Source of the DNA: Opitutia bacterium UBA3534
GTDB lineage: Bacteria > Verrucomicrobiota > Verrucomicrobiia > Opitutales > UBA3534
Length of the DNA stretch: 64,000 bases
Direction: 5' to 3'
NCBI GenBank assembly: GCA_002376875.1
Contig: DFOT01000011.1
Coordinates: 71,034-135,033 of the forward strand
The translations under genes were made by a program, and so were the position numbers. The notes beneath the pieces are model-generated. The model had not been told where the DNA came from, searched no databases, and worked only from the letters and a program-made list of their open reading frames with translations. Shown piece by piece: positions 18,086 through 26,968 of this stretch. How positions within the stretch are numbered: the first letter of the stretch is position 1; each line of letters starts with the position of its first letter.

Positions 18086-19468
18086 ATGACGCTTCTTACA
18101 GACAACACCATCGATGCGCACCCACAAGAACAAGCTGGGATGCCTACACAAGATGGCTGGAGGAATACCTTCTATAAGCCCTTCGACCTAGAGAACCTTG
18201 TTCCTCAGAAGAAGCGCCAAGCTAATAAAGCAGAGCACCGTACGCGTTTTCAAATCGACCGGGACCGTATTATTTTCTCTTATGCCTTCCGTAGGCTGCA
18301 GTCCAAGACGCAAGTCTTCCGCTCTGGGGAATATGATTTTTACCGTACGCGCCTAACCCACTCCATTGAGGTTGCACGTATTGGGCGCTCTATCTGTGAC
18401 TATTTAAAAGCCAAAGACCCGCTCTTAAATAATAACTTCTATATCGACCCAGACCTTACTGAAGCCTTGGGCCTTGCTCATGACTTAGGTCACCCACCCT
18501 TTGGTCATATCGGGGAGCGCAAGCTCAATGAGCTTATGGGCCCCTACGGAGGCTTCGAAGGGAATGCCCAGACGCTCAGGATCCTAACAGAGCTTATCTA
18601 CGAGCGCCCTGACGGGGCCACAGGCATGAACCCAAGCCGAGCGTTTTTAGATGGGGTATTTAAGTACAAGAAACTCTTCGGGGAATGTGTCCTCACTGAT
18701 GAGGCCGGCGGGAAGACTTACCCGGATAATCATTTCATCTACGATGAGCAAAAATACTACCGTGACTTTATCCTAGCAGAACAAACTATCCCTGAGGACC
18801 TGCAAAAAGGAGAAGCCCTCAATAAACTCAAAAGCATTGAATGCCAAATCATGGACTGGGCTGATGACTCTGCTTACTGTCTGCATGATATCTTGGATGG
18901 CGTACGCGCAGGGTTTATCTCTCAGCCAATTTTAGAGAGCTGGGCCGAAAGACAACCGCACATTACTGAAGACCAGCAAAAACACCTTGATACACTCCTA
19001 AGCGCTATCAAGAACGGCAAAATTGAAGCTATCTTCAGTAACAAGGTCGGGGGGTTCATACAATCCTGCCGCCTAGAGACTACAGAGAATTTTCTTTCAG
19101 GACTAACGCACCGCTATGGATTTAACCTCATCATCAATGAGGAAGCTCAAGCTGAGTGTGATCTTTATAAGCAATTTGCCAATGACCTAATCTTTAAGGT
19201 CCCGCAAATTCAACAAGCTGAATTTAAGAGCGGCCTAGTGCTGCAACGTCTGTTCGAGGCCTTCGTCGATCATCATATACACACCCAAAAACAATCCTTA
19301 AAGATCTTGCCTGCTAAGGTAGCGCAAGATTTGGCCTTGGTACAAACAGAGAAAGAGAAGATGCGTCTGCTGTGTGACTACTTGGCGGACCTCACGGATC
19401 GTCATGCTATACTAGCCTACAAGCAGCTGTATGATCCGGACTATGGATCGTTTACTGATTTGTCTTAG
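18086..19468 (+). CDS. dgt: dGTP triphosphohydrolase-like HD-domain protein
   Basis: 460 aa. FQIDRDRIIFSYAFRRLQSKTQVF, RTRLTHSIEVARIGRSI, GLAHDLGHPPFGH. Confidence 0.8.
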   Translation: MTLLTDNTIDAHPQEQAGMPTQDGWRNTFYKPFDLENLVPQKKRQANKAEHRTRFQIDRDRIIFSYAFRRLQSKTQVFRSGEYDFYRTRLTHSIEVARIGRSICDYLKAKDPLLNNNFYIDPDLTEALGLAHDLGHPPFGHIGERKLNELMGPYGGFEGNAQTLRILTELIYERPDGATGMNPSRAFLDGVFKYKKLFGECVLTDEAGGKTYPDNHFIYDEQKYYRDFILAEQTIPEDLQKGEALNKLKSIECQIMDWADDSAYCLHDILDGVRAGFISQPILESWAERQPHITEDQQKHLDTLLSAIKNGKIEAIFSNKVGGFIQSCRLETTENFLSGLTHRYGFNLIINEEAQAECDLYKQFANDLIFKVPQIQQAEFKSGLVLQRLFEAFVDHHIHTQKQSLKILPAKVAQDLALVQTEKEKMRLLCDYLADLTDRHAILAYKQLYDPDYGSFTDLS

Positions 19469-19524
19469 GGAGAGGGGAAAATAAAGGTAAAGGCTTAAGC
19501 AAAAATTTTAATACCTTAACTACA

Positions 19525-19839
19525 ATGATAAAGCTACAATACCGACCCTTCTCTGCCGCTGATTGGATAACTGTATGTACTCTATCAGACTACACTCTGC
19601 CACTTCCTCAATCTGATCACAGTGGATTAATAGATCCAGGTGAATTACATGTGTCTATTAATGAAGCAGATAAAGGGTCCGATGCCACTATATGGGATCT
19701 CATTAAAAATAGCACTGAATCAAAAGAGTGGAGATTAATAGAAAACAAAAATAATGTTTCAAAACAATATTTTGGCTTCATCAAAAACTATGATGGACAC
19801 CTACTTATCATAAAGCTATCAGGCGAACAACCTTCTTAG
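19525..19839 (+). CDS. Hypothetical protein (104 aa)
   Basis: ORF only. A+T-rich with no motif recognised. Confidence 0.3.
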   Translation: MIKLQYRPFSAADWITVCTLSDYTLPLPQSDHSGLIDPGELHVSINEADKGSDATIWDLIKNSTESKEWRLIENKNNVSKQYFGFIKNYDGHLLIIKLSGEQPS

Positions 19840-19899
19840 TTTTCAAAGCCCTCTTTATCGGGCAAGGGCAGAGGCAGGGGCACGGGCAAGTTTATGCAC

Positions 19900-20736
19900 C
19901 TAGGCCTGCTTTGCAGGGCCGGTGCATAGCGGGACTTGAAGAGCCGGGATCTCTATCCCCTCTTGGTCAAAACGCGCCTTTATCTCTGCACCTAAGCAAC
20001 GCTTTAGCGGGATGTAGTTCTTCGTCTGCGTCCAAACGCCGTAATGAATATCTAAATGAGTATCCTTAAAGGTACGCAGGGAAATCCAAGTCTCGGGCTC
20101 GTCCAAGCTGTATTTATTTTTAGCGGCAATGTCTTTTAGAACACTCATAACACGGTGGATATCTTCATCGACCTTCACCCGGACCTCTAGGTCATAACGA
20201 CGGATAGGAAAGCGTGTAATGTTAATTGTATTCTCTTTAGCAATGACGTTATTAGGGACACGCAGCATACTATTGTCTAGCATACGAATTTTGACCGAAA
20301 GCATATCAATGGCTAAAACAAAGCCGATCTTGTCATCAATCTCGACCATGTCCCCGACTTCAAAAGGCTTCTCCCAGAACATGAAGATACCATTCACCAT
20401 ATTAGAGAGGCTTGTCTGGGCGGCAAAACCTAAGGCTACCGTAATAATCCCTGCAGCACCCAAAAGCGTAGTGAGCTTCACCCCGAGTTGGTCTAGAATC
20501 GTAATAATAACTAAGACACTCCCGGCGTAAACAATGACCTTATGCCACACAAACTCCGCATGGGCGGAAACACGGTGGTGGCAAATCCCTCTGACCAGGC
20601 GAGCAAAAGCGTAAATCAAAGGAAAGCCTACTGCGGCAATAAATAGAGCAATAATCGCATTATCCCAATTCATCAGATCAAAAATCTGTTGAATATCGTT
20701 TATAGCTTCTGTGGGTGCTGAGTGTTTTGCGTCCAT
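19900..20736 (-). CDS. Mechanosensitive ion channel, MscS family
   Basis: 278 aa. Three N-terminal TM helices, then GFAAQTSLSNMVNGIFMFWEKPFEVGDMVEID, the pore helix/beta-domain signature. Confidence 0.8.
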   Translation of the reverse strand: MDAKHSAPTEAINDIQQIFDLMNWDNAIIALFIAAVGFPLIYAFARLVRGICHHRVSAHAEFVWHKVIVYAGSVLVIITILDQLGVKLTTLLGAAGIITVALGFAAQTSLSNMVNGIFMFWEKPFEVGDMVEIDDKIGFVLAIDMLSVKIRMLDNSMLRVPNNVIAKENTINITRFPIRRYDLEVRVKVDEDIHRVMSVLKDIAAKNKYSLDEPETWISLRTFKDTHLDIHYGVWTQTKNYIPLKRCLGAEIKARFDQEGIEIPALQVPLCTGPAKQA

Positions 20737-20737
20737 A

Positions 20738-21526
20738 TTATTCGCTCAGACCAAATGTCTTGAGTAAGAAATTGTGTGGAGGGTGTTCAATTGCTGCGGT
20801 CAGGAGCATCGGTGTGCGTGCTTGTGTCGGCGGCTTTGTTGCGTAAGAGACATTACTGAGCAAATGCGTGCCATGATAATGCACAGAGACCTGATTAGTC
20901 CATAGGCGCTGGATACCCTGGTAAATGTTAAGGTACTTTGCCCGTAAGCATACCTGAACGCAATCTAAAGAAAGGCTGGATTGATTGTGAATGAGGACTG
21001 GGCAAATGGCGCGATGAGGACTAACACTAAAGGCATCTAGACGACGACGGGCAAAGGTCCTCAAGGCGAAGCACAGCTGCCCCTCAGTATGCTCACCAAA
21101 CCAACTGTCTGAAGGCGGCTTCACGGGGATTTCATTCGTCACGACTGTATCTGCCCCTTGCCCGAGCACTGGGGTAATCCACAGAGGAATGCTTACATAA
21201 AATAAGATCTTGGCCTGACTCGGCAAAACCAAAGGGTGATTCGGCCGGAAGAGCAAGGGCCTACGGGGCATATTAGGGATAAAGCGCAAATGAGAAGTAT
21301 CCTGATTCAGGGCATAGCGCTGGAACTCCAACCCCTCCGGGAATTCGGCATCATACTCAATACGCATCTCATCGGTATCCTCATCTGCATAAGAACTTGC
21401 GATTAGCCAATCATATTCTAGACGGCGGACGTAGAGTGTTAAGTTCCCACACTGCCACAAGACAGAGCTGTCCTGCTCCACTTCAAGTGGACTCCAGAGA
21501 TCAAAAATAGAAAGTGAGGTGGTCAA
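20738..21526 (-). CDS. Hypothetical protein; its stop lies 1 nt before the MscS-family gene start
   Basis: 262 aa, soluble-looking, no motif recognised. Stop at 20738 and MscS start at 20736 suggest co-transcription. Confidence 0.45.
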   Translation of the reverse strand: MTTSLSIFDLWSPLEVEQDSSVLWQCGNLTLYVRRLEYDWLIASSYADEDTDEMRIEYDAEFPEGLEFQRYALNQDTSHLRFIPNMPRRPLLFRPNHPLVLPSQAKILFYVSIPLWITPVLGQGADTVVTNEIPVKPPSDSWFGEHTEGQLCFALRTFARRRLDAFSVSPHRAICPVLIHNQSSLSLDCVQVCLRAKYLNIYQGIQRLWTNQVSVHYHGTHLLSNVSYATKPPTQARTPMLLTAAIEHPPHNFLLKTFGLSE

Positions 21527-21639
21527 TGTTGATTTTAGTTAATTATTACCGAAAAATAAACCTACCATAAGCCTATTAAAGTATAACTAATAGCAAGACT
21601 CGTACCCAAAACGCTAGATTAATTCAACAAGACTACACT

Positions 21640-23553
21640 TCAAATATGCCATAACTCCCGATTACAAGGCTTAGGAGGCAACTGGACCTTCTCCTCCCGA
21701 AACTTGCCCCCACCCCAGACCATCCCCAGACGGGCTCCTAATAAATCCAAGTAATGATGCACGTTGTGCTCTTCAAAGAGCTTAGTTGTAAACTCACTGG
21801 CACATATTTCTGCAAAAACAACCAATGAACGAGGGTTTATGCATTTAGGCTCGTAGTCTTTTTTATATTTCTCAGCAGCCTTCAAAAATTCACTTTTATC
21901 TTTGTGTTTTTGGGAAAGAACCATAGCTTCCGTTCGTAAATTATTATTCTCCCAGTCCACAAACCTAACAACCGGCAAGGGCGCCTTGGGCTCTTCTTCG
22001 CGGCGACGCTTATTGCTCAAGGCATGCTCAAATAGGCTTTGAACAATTTCCTTATCCTCAGCCTGAGCGTACTTAACAATTAAGGCCTCTGCAGTCGCTT
22101 TGGCATCTTCATTTTTTATCCAGGGCTTACTTTTAAGAGACCGGTAGACCGTAATAGCAAATTCTGCAATGCTGTCAACCGGAGCGTCTTGCGCACAAGA
22201 AGCAATTTTTTTAGTATCCTCAAGCAAGGCATCGATATCTTCTTGTTTTTTGGCCAAAAGACTCCCTTGATTAAAGAAAATGCGTGCCATAGGCAGGTAT
22301 ATCCAATTTCTAGCATCATCCGTCTGAAGAGTTACTTTAAATGCAATTGCTTCATTATAAGCCTGCTTAAGTGTCTCTGGCGTACGCATGACCCAAGATA
22401 AATCTCTAAAGATTATAAGAGGCAAATTGCTCTGTTCATTCATTGTTGTATAAGCCCCACCCCCCCGACGATCATTAAATTGCCTAACGAGGGAAAGGAT
22501 CCCTCTTAAATCCTGACCTGGAAACGGATTATCCCTCAAGAGCGTCCAGAGCGAAATAGCGATATCGCCATAAACCCAATTATTGAACTTATTTATTTGC
22601 TTATTTTCTTCCAGAACACCTGCACATAGATTTATAACCTTTAAAAACTCGAGCACATTTTCTTCTTTTTTGAAATAAGGAAAGACGCTTTTAAAGGCTG
22701 CCTGTGCTAAATCTGTTGCTGCAAAAGTACGGTACTCTTCTTCATTTCTCATCCAAGAAACAACCTTGATTGCAGCCTGAGTCGCTTCAAGAATAGCATC
22801 AGCATTAAGGGCTCTTTCAAGCAAATACCTAAAAATAAACTCAGAGACATTACGAATATAACGGTTTTTACTACGTGCATTTTTGTCAGACCCCTCTAAG
22901 CAATAACCTTCCATAATTGCAGATAGGATAGGGCTAATAAGCTCTATGGCTTGCTCTATCTCTTTATAAGAAAACTCCCCCACAAGATTGCGCTCTAGAA
23001 TATGCTCGGATAAACCCTCTAAATAAGAATCTCGGGTGTGTTGGCTAGCTCGGGCACCTTCTGTAATGATACGTATTAAATAGGGTATAGATTCTTCCGT
23101 ATAGGCATAAGGAAACAATTTATAAACCGTACACGTGAAATGAGAACCATACTTACGGCCTTCAATTTTTTGAGCAAGCTCTTCAACTTTTTTTAAATCA
23201 GTAAACGCCCATATATACAATGACCCTAACATAGCATAGAGCCGGCTTTGAATAAGTTTATTTATTTCTTCATCTGTAGAAAAACCCCCTTCATCTGCAA
23301 GCTCTCCTATTATCCCACAAGCTTTTTTAAGCTTTAACTCAACCGTTTTTGTGAGTGTTTTTTCAAAAAACGCTGGGTTGTTTGCAAACTCTGAAGCCTT
23401 AGCTCGATGTAAGACCTGAATCCACCAAAGATTACCACGGGGTTCAGACTGAAATCGCACACGCCGTCCTCCAAAAACAGGATATATCGAAGGATCAAAG
23501 GCAGAGATTTCATGAGTTCCAGCACTCAGCGATAGAGCATTTACATCGGTCAT
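21640..23553 (-). CDS. Hypothetical large helical protein (ORFan-like, 637 aa)
   Basis: Long ORF with no signal peptide and no recognisable motif. Spot counts of 60-nt lines inside it gave 32-40% G+C, against about 53-58% in nearby housekeeping genes. Confidence 0.6.
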   Translation of the reverse strand: MTDVNALSLSAGTHEISAFDPSIYPVFGGRRVRFQSEPRGNLWWIQVLHRAKASEFANNPAFFEKTLTKTVELKLKKACGIIGELADEGGFSTDEEINKLIQSRLYAMLGSLYIWAFTDLKKVEELAQKIEGRKYGSHFTCTVYKLFPYAYTEESIPYLIRIITEGARASQHTRDSYLEGLSEHILERNLVGEFSYKEIEQAIELISPILSAIMEGYCLEGSDKNARSKNRYIRNVSEFIFRYLLERALNADAILEATQAAIKVVSWMRNEEEYRTFAATDLAQAAFKSVFPYFKKEENVLEFLKVINLCAGVLEENKQINKFNNWVYGDIAISLWTLLRDNPFPGQDLRGILSLVRQFNDRRGGGAYTTMNEQSNLPLIIFRDLSWVMRTPETLKQAYNEAIAFKVTLQTDDARNWIYLPMARIFFNQGSLLAKKQEDIDALLEDTKKIASCAQDAPVDSIAEFAITVYRSLKSKPWIKNEDAKATAEALIVKYAQAEDKEIVQSLFEHALSNKRRREEEPKAPLPVVRFVDWENNNLRTEAMVLSQKHKDKSEFLKAAEKYKKDYEPKCINPRSLVVFAEICASEFTTKLFEEHNVHHYLDLLGARLGMVWGGGKFREEKVQLPPKPCNRELWHI

Positions 23554-23671
23554 AGAAGTCTTTTAATTTGAAGGCTAGGAAGGTTTTTATCACAGCAAGA
23601 TTCACACCTAAGCTTGAAAGGCCCAGCAACAAACATTACAATTATTTTAACATATTCCTATACCCCTTGTA

Positions 23672-24928
23672 ATGCCAAAAAATATTGGATTTGTATCAAC
23701 TCGCTTCGCAGGCACCGATGGAGTTTCTTTAGAAAGCTCTAAATGGGCTCAAATTCTTTGGGAAGACGAAAGTGTGAGCTATTGGTACAGTGGATTGAGT
23801 GATCGGGATGCACACGTTTCTCATATTGTGCCTGAGGCACACTTCAACCACCCGGAAAATTTATGGATCAATAATAAAGTCTGGGGACATGCACACCGTA
23901 GCCCACTCGTTTCGGACCGCATTAGCAAAATCGCTCGCTACCTCAAAAGTACTTTATACGATTTTACAAATCGCTTTGATATTAACCTCATCATTGCTCA
24001 AAACGTTTTGGCAATTCCCATGCATATCCCATTGGGAATTGCACTGACTGAATTTTTAGCAGAGACAGGTATGCCAGCTATTGGGCACCACCACGACTTT
24101 TTCTGGGAACGCACCCGGTTTTCTTTAGGCTGTGCGCCCGACTACCTCAACATGGCCTTCCCACCAAATTTAAGGAATATTCGCCATGTGGTCATTAATA
24201 AAGCTGCTGAAGAGCAATTGGGATTCCGCAAAGGAGTTTCCTCTTTAATGATTCCTAATGTGTTTGACTTTGAAACCCCAGCCCCTGAGCCGGATGAATA
24301 CTCGCAAGACTTCCGAGAGGCCATTGGGCTAAAGCCTGATGATGTGCTCATCTTGCAGCCCACCCGCATTGTACCCCGCAAGGGAATTGAGCATGCCATT
24401 AAGTTGATTGGCATGCTGGGTGACAAGCGCTATAAACTTGTAATCTCTCATGAAGCAGGCGATGAAGGCTTAGAATACAAGCATATGCTCGAGGAGCTTG
24501 CTAAGGCTGAAGGTGTAGATGTGTTTTTTGTCTCTTCACGCATTGGAGAAGTCCGCCAGTATGATGCCCAAGGCAACAAAATCTATACTCTCTGGGATGT
24601 TTATCCTTTTGCTGATCTAGTCACCTACCCAAGTACTTATGAAGGCTTCGGGAATGCGCTGCTTGAAGCAATCTATTTCCGTGTGCCTATTTTGGTTAAC
24701 CGCTACTCTATTTTTGTTCAAGACATTGAGCCTAAAGGATTCCGCCTTGCCCTCATGGACGGGATTCTAACAAAAAATGTCGTCAGTGAAGTGCGGCGTA
24801 TCCTAGAGGATGAGCAGTATCGCCAAGACATGGTTGAACACAACTACCAAGTCGCGATGAAATACTTTAGCTACAGCGTACTTAAGCGTAGCTTACGGAC
24901 TTTAATCACTAGCCTTGCCGGACAATGA
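23672..24928 (+). CDS. GT-B fold glycosyltransferase (GT4-like), candidate glycoside compatible-solute synthase
   Basis: 418 aa. C-terminal GT4-like block YPSTYEGFGNALLEAIYFRVPILVN (E-x7-E region). ATGA overlap with the downstream GH13 gene. Confidence 0.65.
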   Translation: MPKNIGFVSTRFAGTDGVSLESSKWAQILWEDESVSYWYSGLSDRDAHVSHIVPEAHFNHPENLWINNKVWGHAHRSPLVSDRISKIARYLKSTLYDFTNRFDINLIIAQNVLAIPMHIPLGIALTEFLAETGMPAIGHHHDFFWERTRFSLGCAPDYLNMAFPPNLRNIRHVVINKAAEEQLGFRKGVSSLMIPNVFDFETPAPEPDEYSQDFREAIGLKPDDVLILQPTRIVPRKGIEHAIKLIGMLGDKRYKLVISHEAGDEGLEYKHMLEELAKAEGVDVFFVSSRIGEVRQYDAQGNKIYTLWDVYPFADLVTYPSTYEGFGNALLEAIYFRVPILVNRYSIFVQDIEPKGFRLALMDGILTKNVVSEVRRILEDEQYRQDMVEHNYQVAMKYFSYSVLKRSLRTLITSLAGQ

Positions 24929-26673
24929 TGCGCTCTTCACAAAAAAACTGGCGCAACATTGAGCGTCGCATGCACAAGCTCTATAAAGATGCCCCTATCG
25001 AACGCCTGATGGAGCGCTTTGAGATGCTCATAGGCCGCTACGGCGTCGGACTTAAGGCTCCCAAGACAAAAACTCATTTTAGCCAAGAAGATGTCTTACT
25101 GATCGCCTACCCTGACAATATTCAGAATGGATCAGAAGCAACCTTGGCTACACTGCATAAGTTTTGCGTGCGCCACCTCAAGAAAGCCTTCAACACGATT
25201 CACCTGCTTCCCTTTTTCCCCTCCTCCTCAGATGAAGGCTTCTCTGTCATCAACTACCGCAAGATTGAGCCCCGACTAGGCGCCTGGAAGCATATTCAGG
25301 CCTTCTCTCAGGACTTTAAGCTTATGGTGGACTTGGTATTGAACCACTGCTCACGAAAAAGCGCGTGGTTTAATAGCTTTATAAATGGCATCGAGCCTTA
25401 TCAACGTTATTTCATTACAGAAGATCCGCAGACAGACCTCTCTAAGGTCACCCGCCCTCGCACAAGCTCCCTCCTAAATAAAGTCTCTACACGAGATGGA
25501 GACGCTTACGTTTGGTGTACCTTCAGTCCTGATCAGATTGACCTTAACTGGAAAGACCCTGACGTACTCTTTGAGTTTCTTGATATTCTATTTTACTACA
25601 TATCTCAAGGAGCACGGATTGTCCGCCTGGATGCAGTCGGCTTCCTCTGGAAAAAGCCTGGGAGTAATTGCATTCATTTGCCTGAGACTCATCAACTCAT
25701 CAAGCTGCTCCATGACTGTCTTCAGATTGCAGCCCCTCATGTCTTACTTGTGACAGAGACCAACGTCCCTCATCAAGAAAATATTAGTTATTTCGGAAGC
25801 TCGGATGAGGCCCACATGGTCTATAACTTTGCACTCCCCCCGCTATTATTACACCTATTCCTAAAAGAAGATTCTAGCCAATTCATTGAGTGGCTTAAAG
25901 CGCTGCCAACACCCCCAAAAGGCTGTACTTTCTTGAACTTTATAGCAAGTCATGACGGCATAGGATTACGCCCCCTAGAAGGCATACTGCCCCCTAAGGA
26001 AATTGAATTCATACTCGAGACAACGGCACAACGCGGGGCTCAAGTAAGCTACAAAACAACTGAAAATGCACAAAAAACGCCTTACGAGCTTAATACGACT
26101 CTTTTAAGTGCGCTCACAATCCCTCAAGAACCCTCAGACATAAGCCTCAAGCGTTACCTGTGCTTACACGCGCTATTCCTAGCGCTCAAAGGAATCCCTG
26201 CGATCTACCTCAATAGCCTAATGGCTACACCGAACCTCCCGCAGGATCCTGAAAACCCGCGGGCAACAAACCGCAAAAAGTGGCAAGAAAAGGAACTAGA
26301 AACCCTCCTCAAAAAAGAACACAGCCCTCACGCGCGAGCTTTTAAACAGTTTCAACACTTACTTCAGACGCGTAACCAATGTAAAGCATTCAGCCCAGAT
26401 GCAGACATCAAGGTATACAGCACACCCTCAAGCCTTGTTGTATTCCAACGTACCTGCATGCAAACACAAGAGACGATCTTATGTCTTTTTAATGTGACCA
26501 ACACCCCTCAGTCCTTAGAAAGCCTAACGGACATGCCCTCAAACATAATTCAAGACATTATCGCAGGGGATACACTCGCACTAGAGGACACAACAGCTAT
26601 GCTGCAGCCTTATCAAGCAGTCTGGGGGCTTGTTGCCGTAGGGGCCCAATATAACCAACCGGTTACACCGTAA
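24925..26673 (+). CDS. GH13 sucrose-phosphorylase-like glycoside phosphorylase
   Basis: 582 aa. HLLPFFPSSSDEGFSVINYRKIEPRLG, VRLDAVGFLWK (nucleophile region), VTETNVP, NFIASHDGIGLRP. These resemble sucrose/glucosylglycerate phosphorylases. Confidence 0.7.
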   Translation: MMRSSQKNWRNIERRMHKLYKDAPIERLMERFEMLIGRYGVGLKAPKTKTHFSQEDVLLIAYPDNIQNGSEATLATLHKFCVRHLKKAFNTIHLLPFFPSSSDEGFSVINYRKIEPRLGAWKHIQAFSQDFKLMVDLVLNHCSRKSAWFNSFINGIEPYQRYFITEDPQTDLSKVTRPRTSSLLNKVSTRDGDAYVWCTFSPDQIDLNWKDPDVLFEFLDILFYYISQGARIVRLDAVGFLWKKPGSNCIHLPETHQLIKLLHDCLQIAAPHVLLVTETNVPHQENISYFGSSDEAHMVYNFALPPLLLHLFLKEDSSQFIEWLKALPTPPKGCTFLNFIASHDGIGLRPLEGILPPKEIEFILETTAQRGAQVSYKTTENAQKTPYELNTTLLSALTIPQEPSDISLKRYLCLHALFLALKGIPAIYLNSLMATPNLPQDPENPRATNRKKWQEKELETLLKKEHSPHARAFKQFQHLLQTRNQCKAFSPDADIKVYSTPSSLVVFQRTCMQTQETILCLFNVTNTPQSLESLTDMPSNIIQDIIAGDTLALEDTTAMLQPYQAVWGLVAVGAQYNQPVTP

Positions 26674-26968
26674 TCCTCAGGATGAGTTCTTTGCTTGCTC
26701 GCCTTCAGAGTCAGCATTTTGCTGATCATTCTGCTGCTGAGACTCTTCAGAAGATGTCTTCTCTTCAGCCGGATTCTCCTTCGAATCTTCCTTCTTATTG
26801 ACGACTTGTTCGTGTTTTCTAAAAGCTATGGGGCCCATGGCTGCTGCGGATTAAGTTGGTGCTATTGCTTAGCTAGTCCTATGCCAACTCCAATAAACAC
26901 TTACTAGCTAGGGATTTGGCCCAAGAAGGAAAATAATCCACATAAACTCAACCTAAACAATAAGGATC

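Noticed and set aside
26677-26838. 53-aa acidic minus-strand ORF (MGPIAFRKHEQVVNKKEDSKENPAEEKTSSEESQQQNDQQNADSEGEQAKNSS) in the gap downstream of P1.
   Set aside because: It has no RBS and is low-complexity. Its stop sits only 4 nt from the end of the convergent GH13 gene. It cannot be supported without expression or conservation data.
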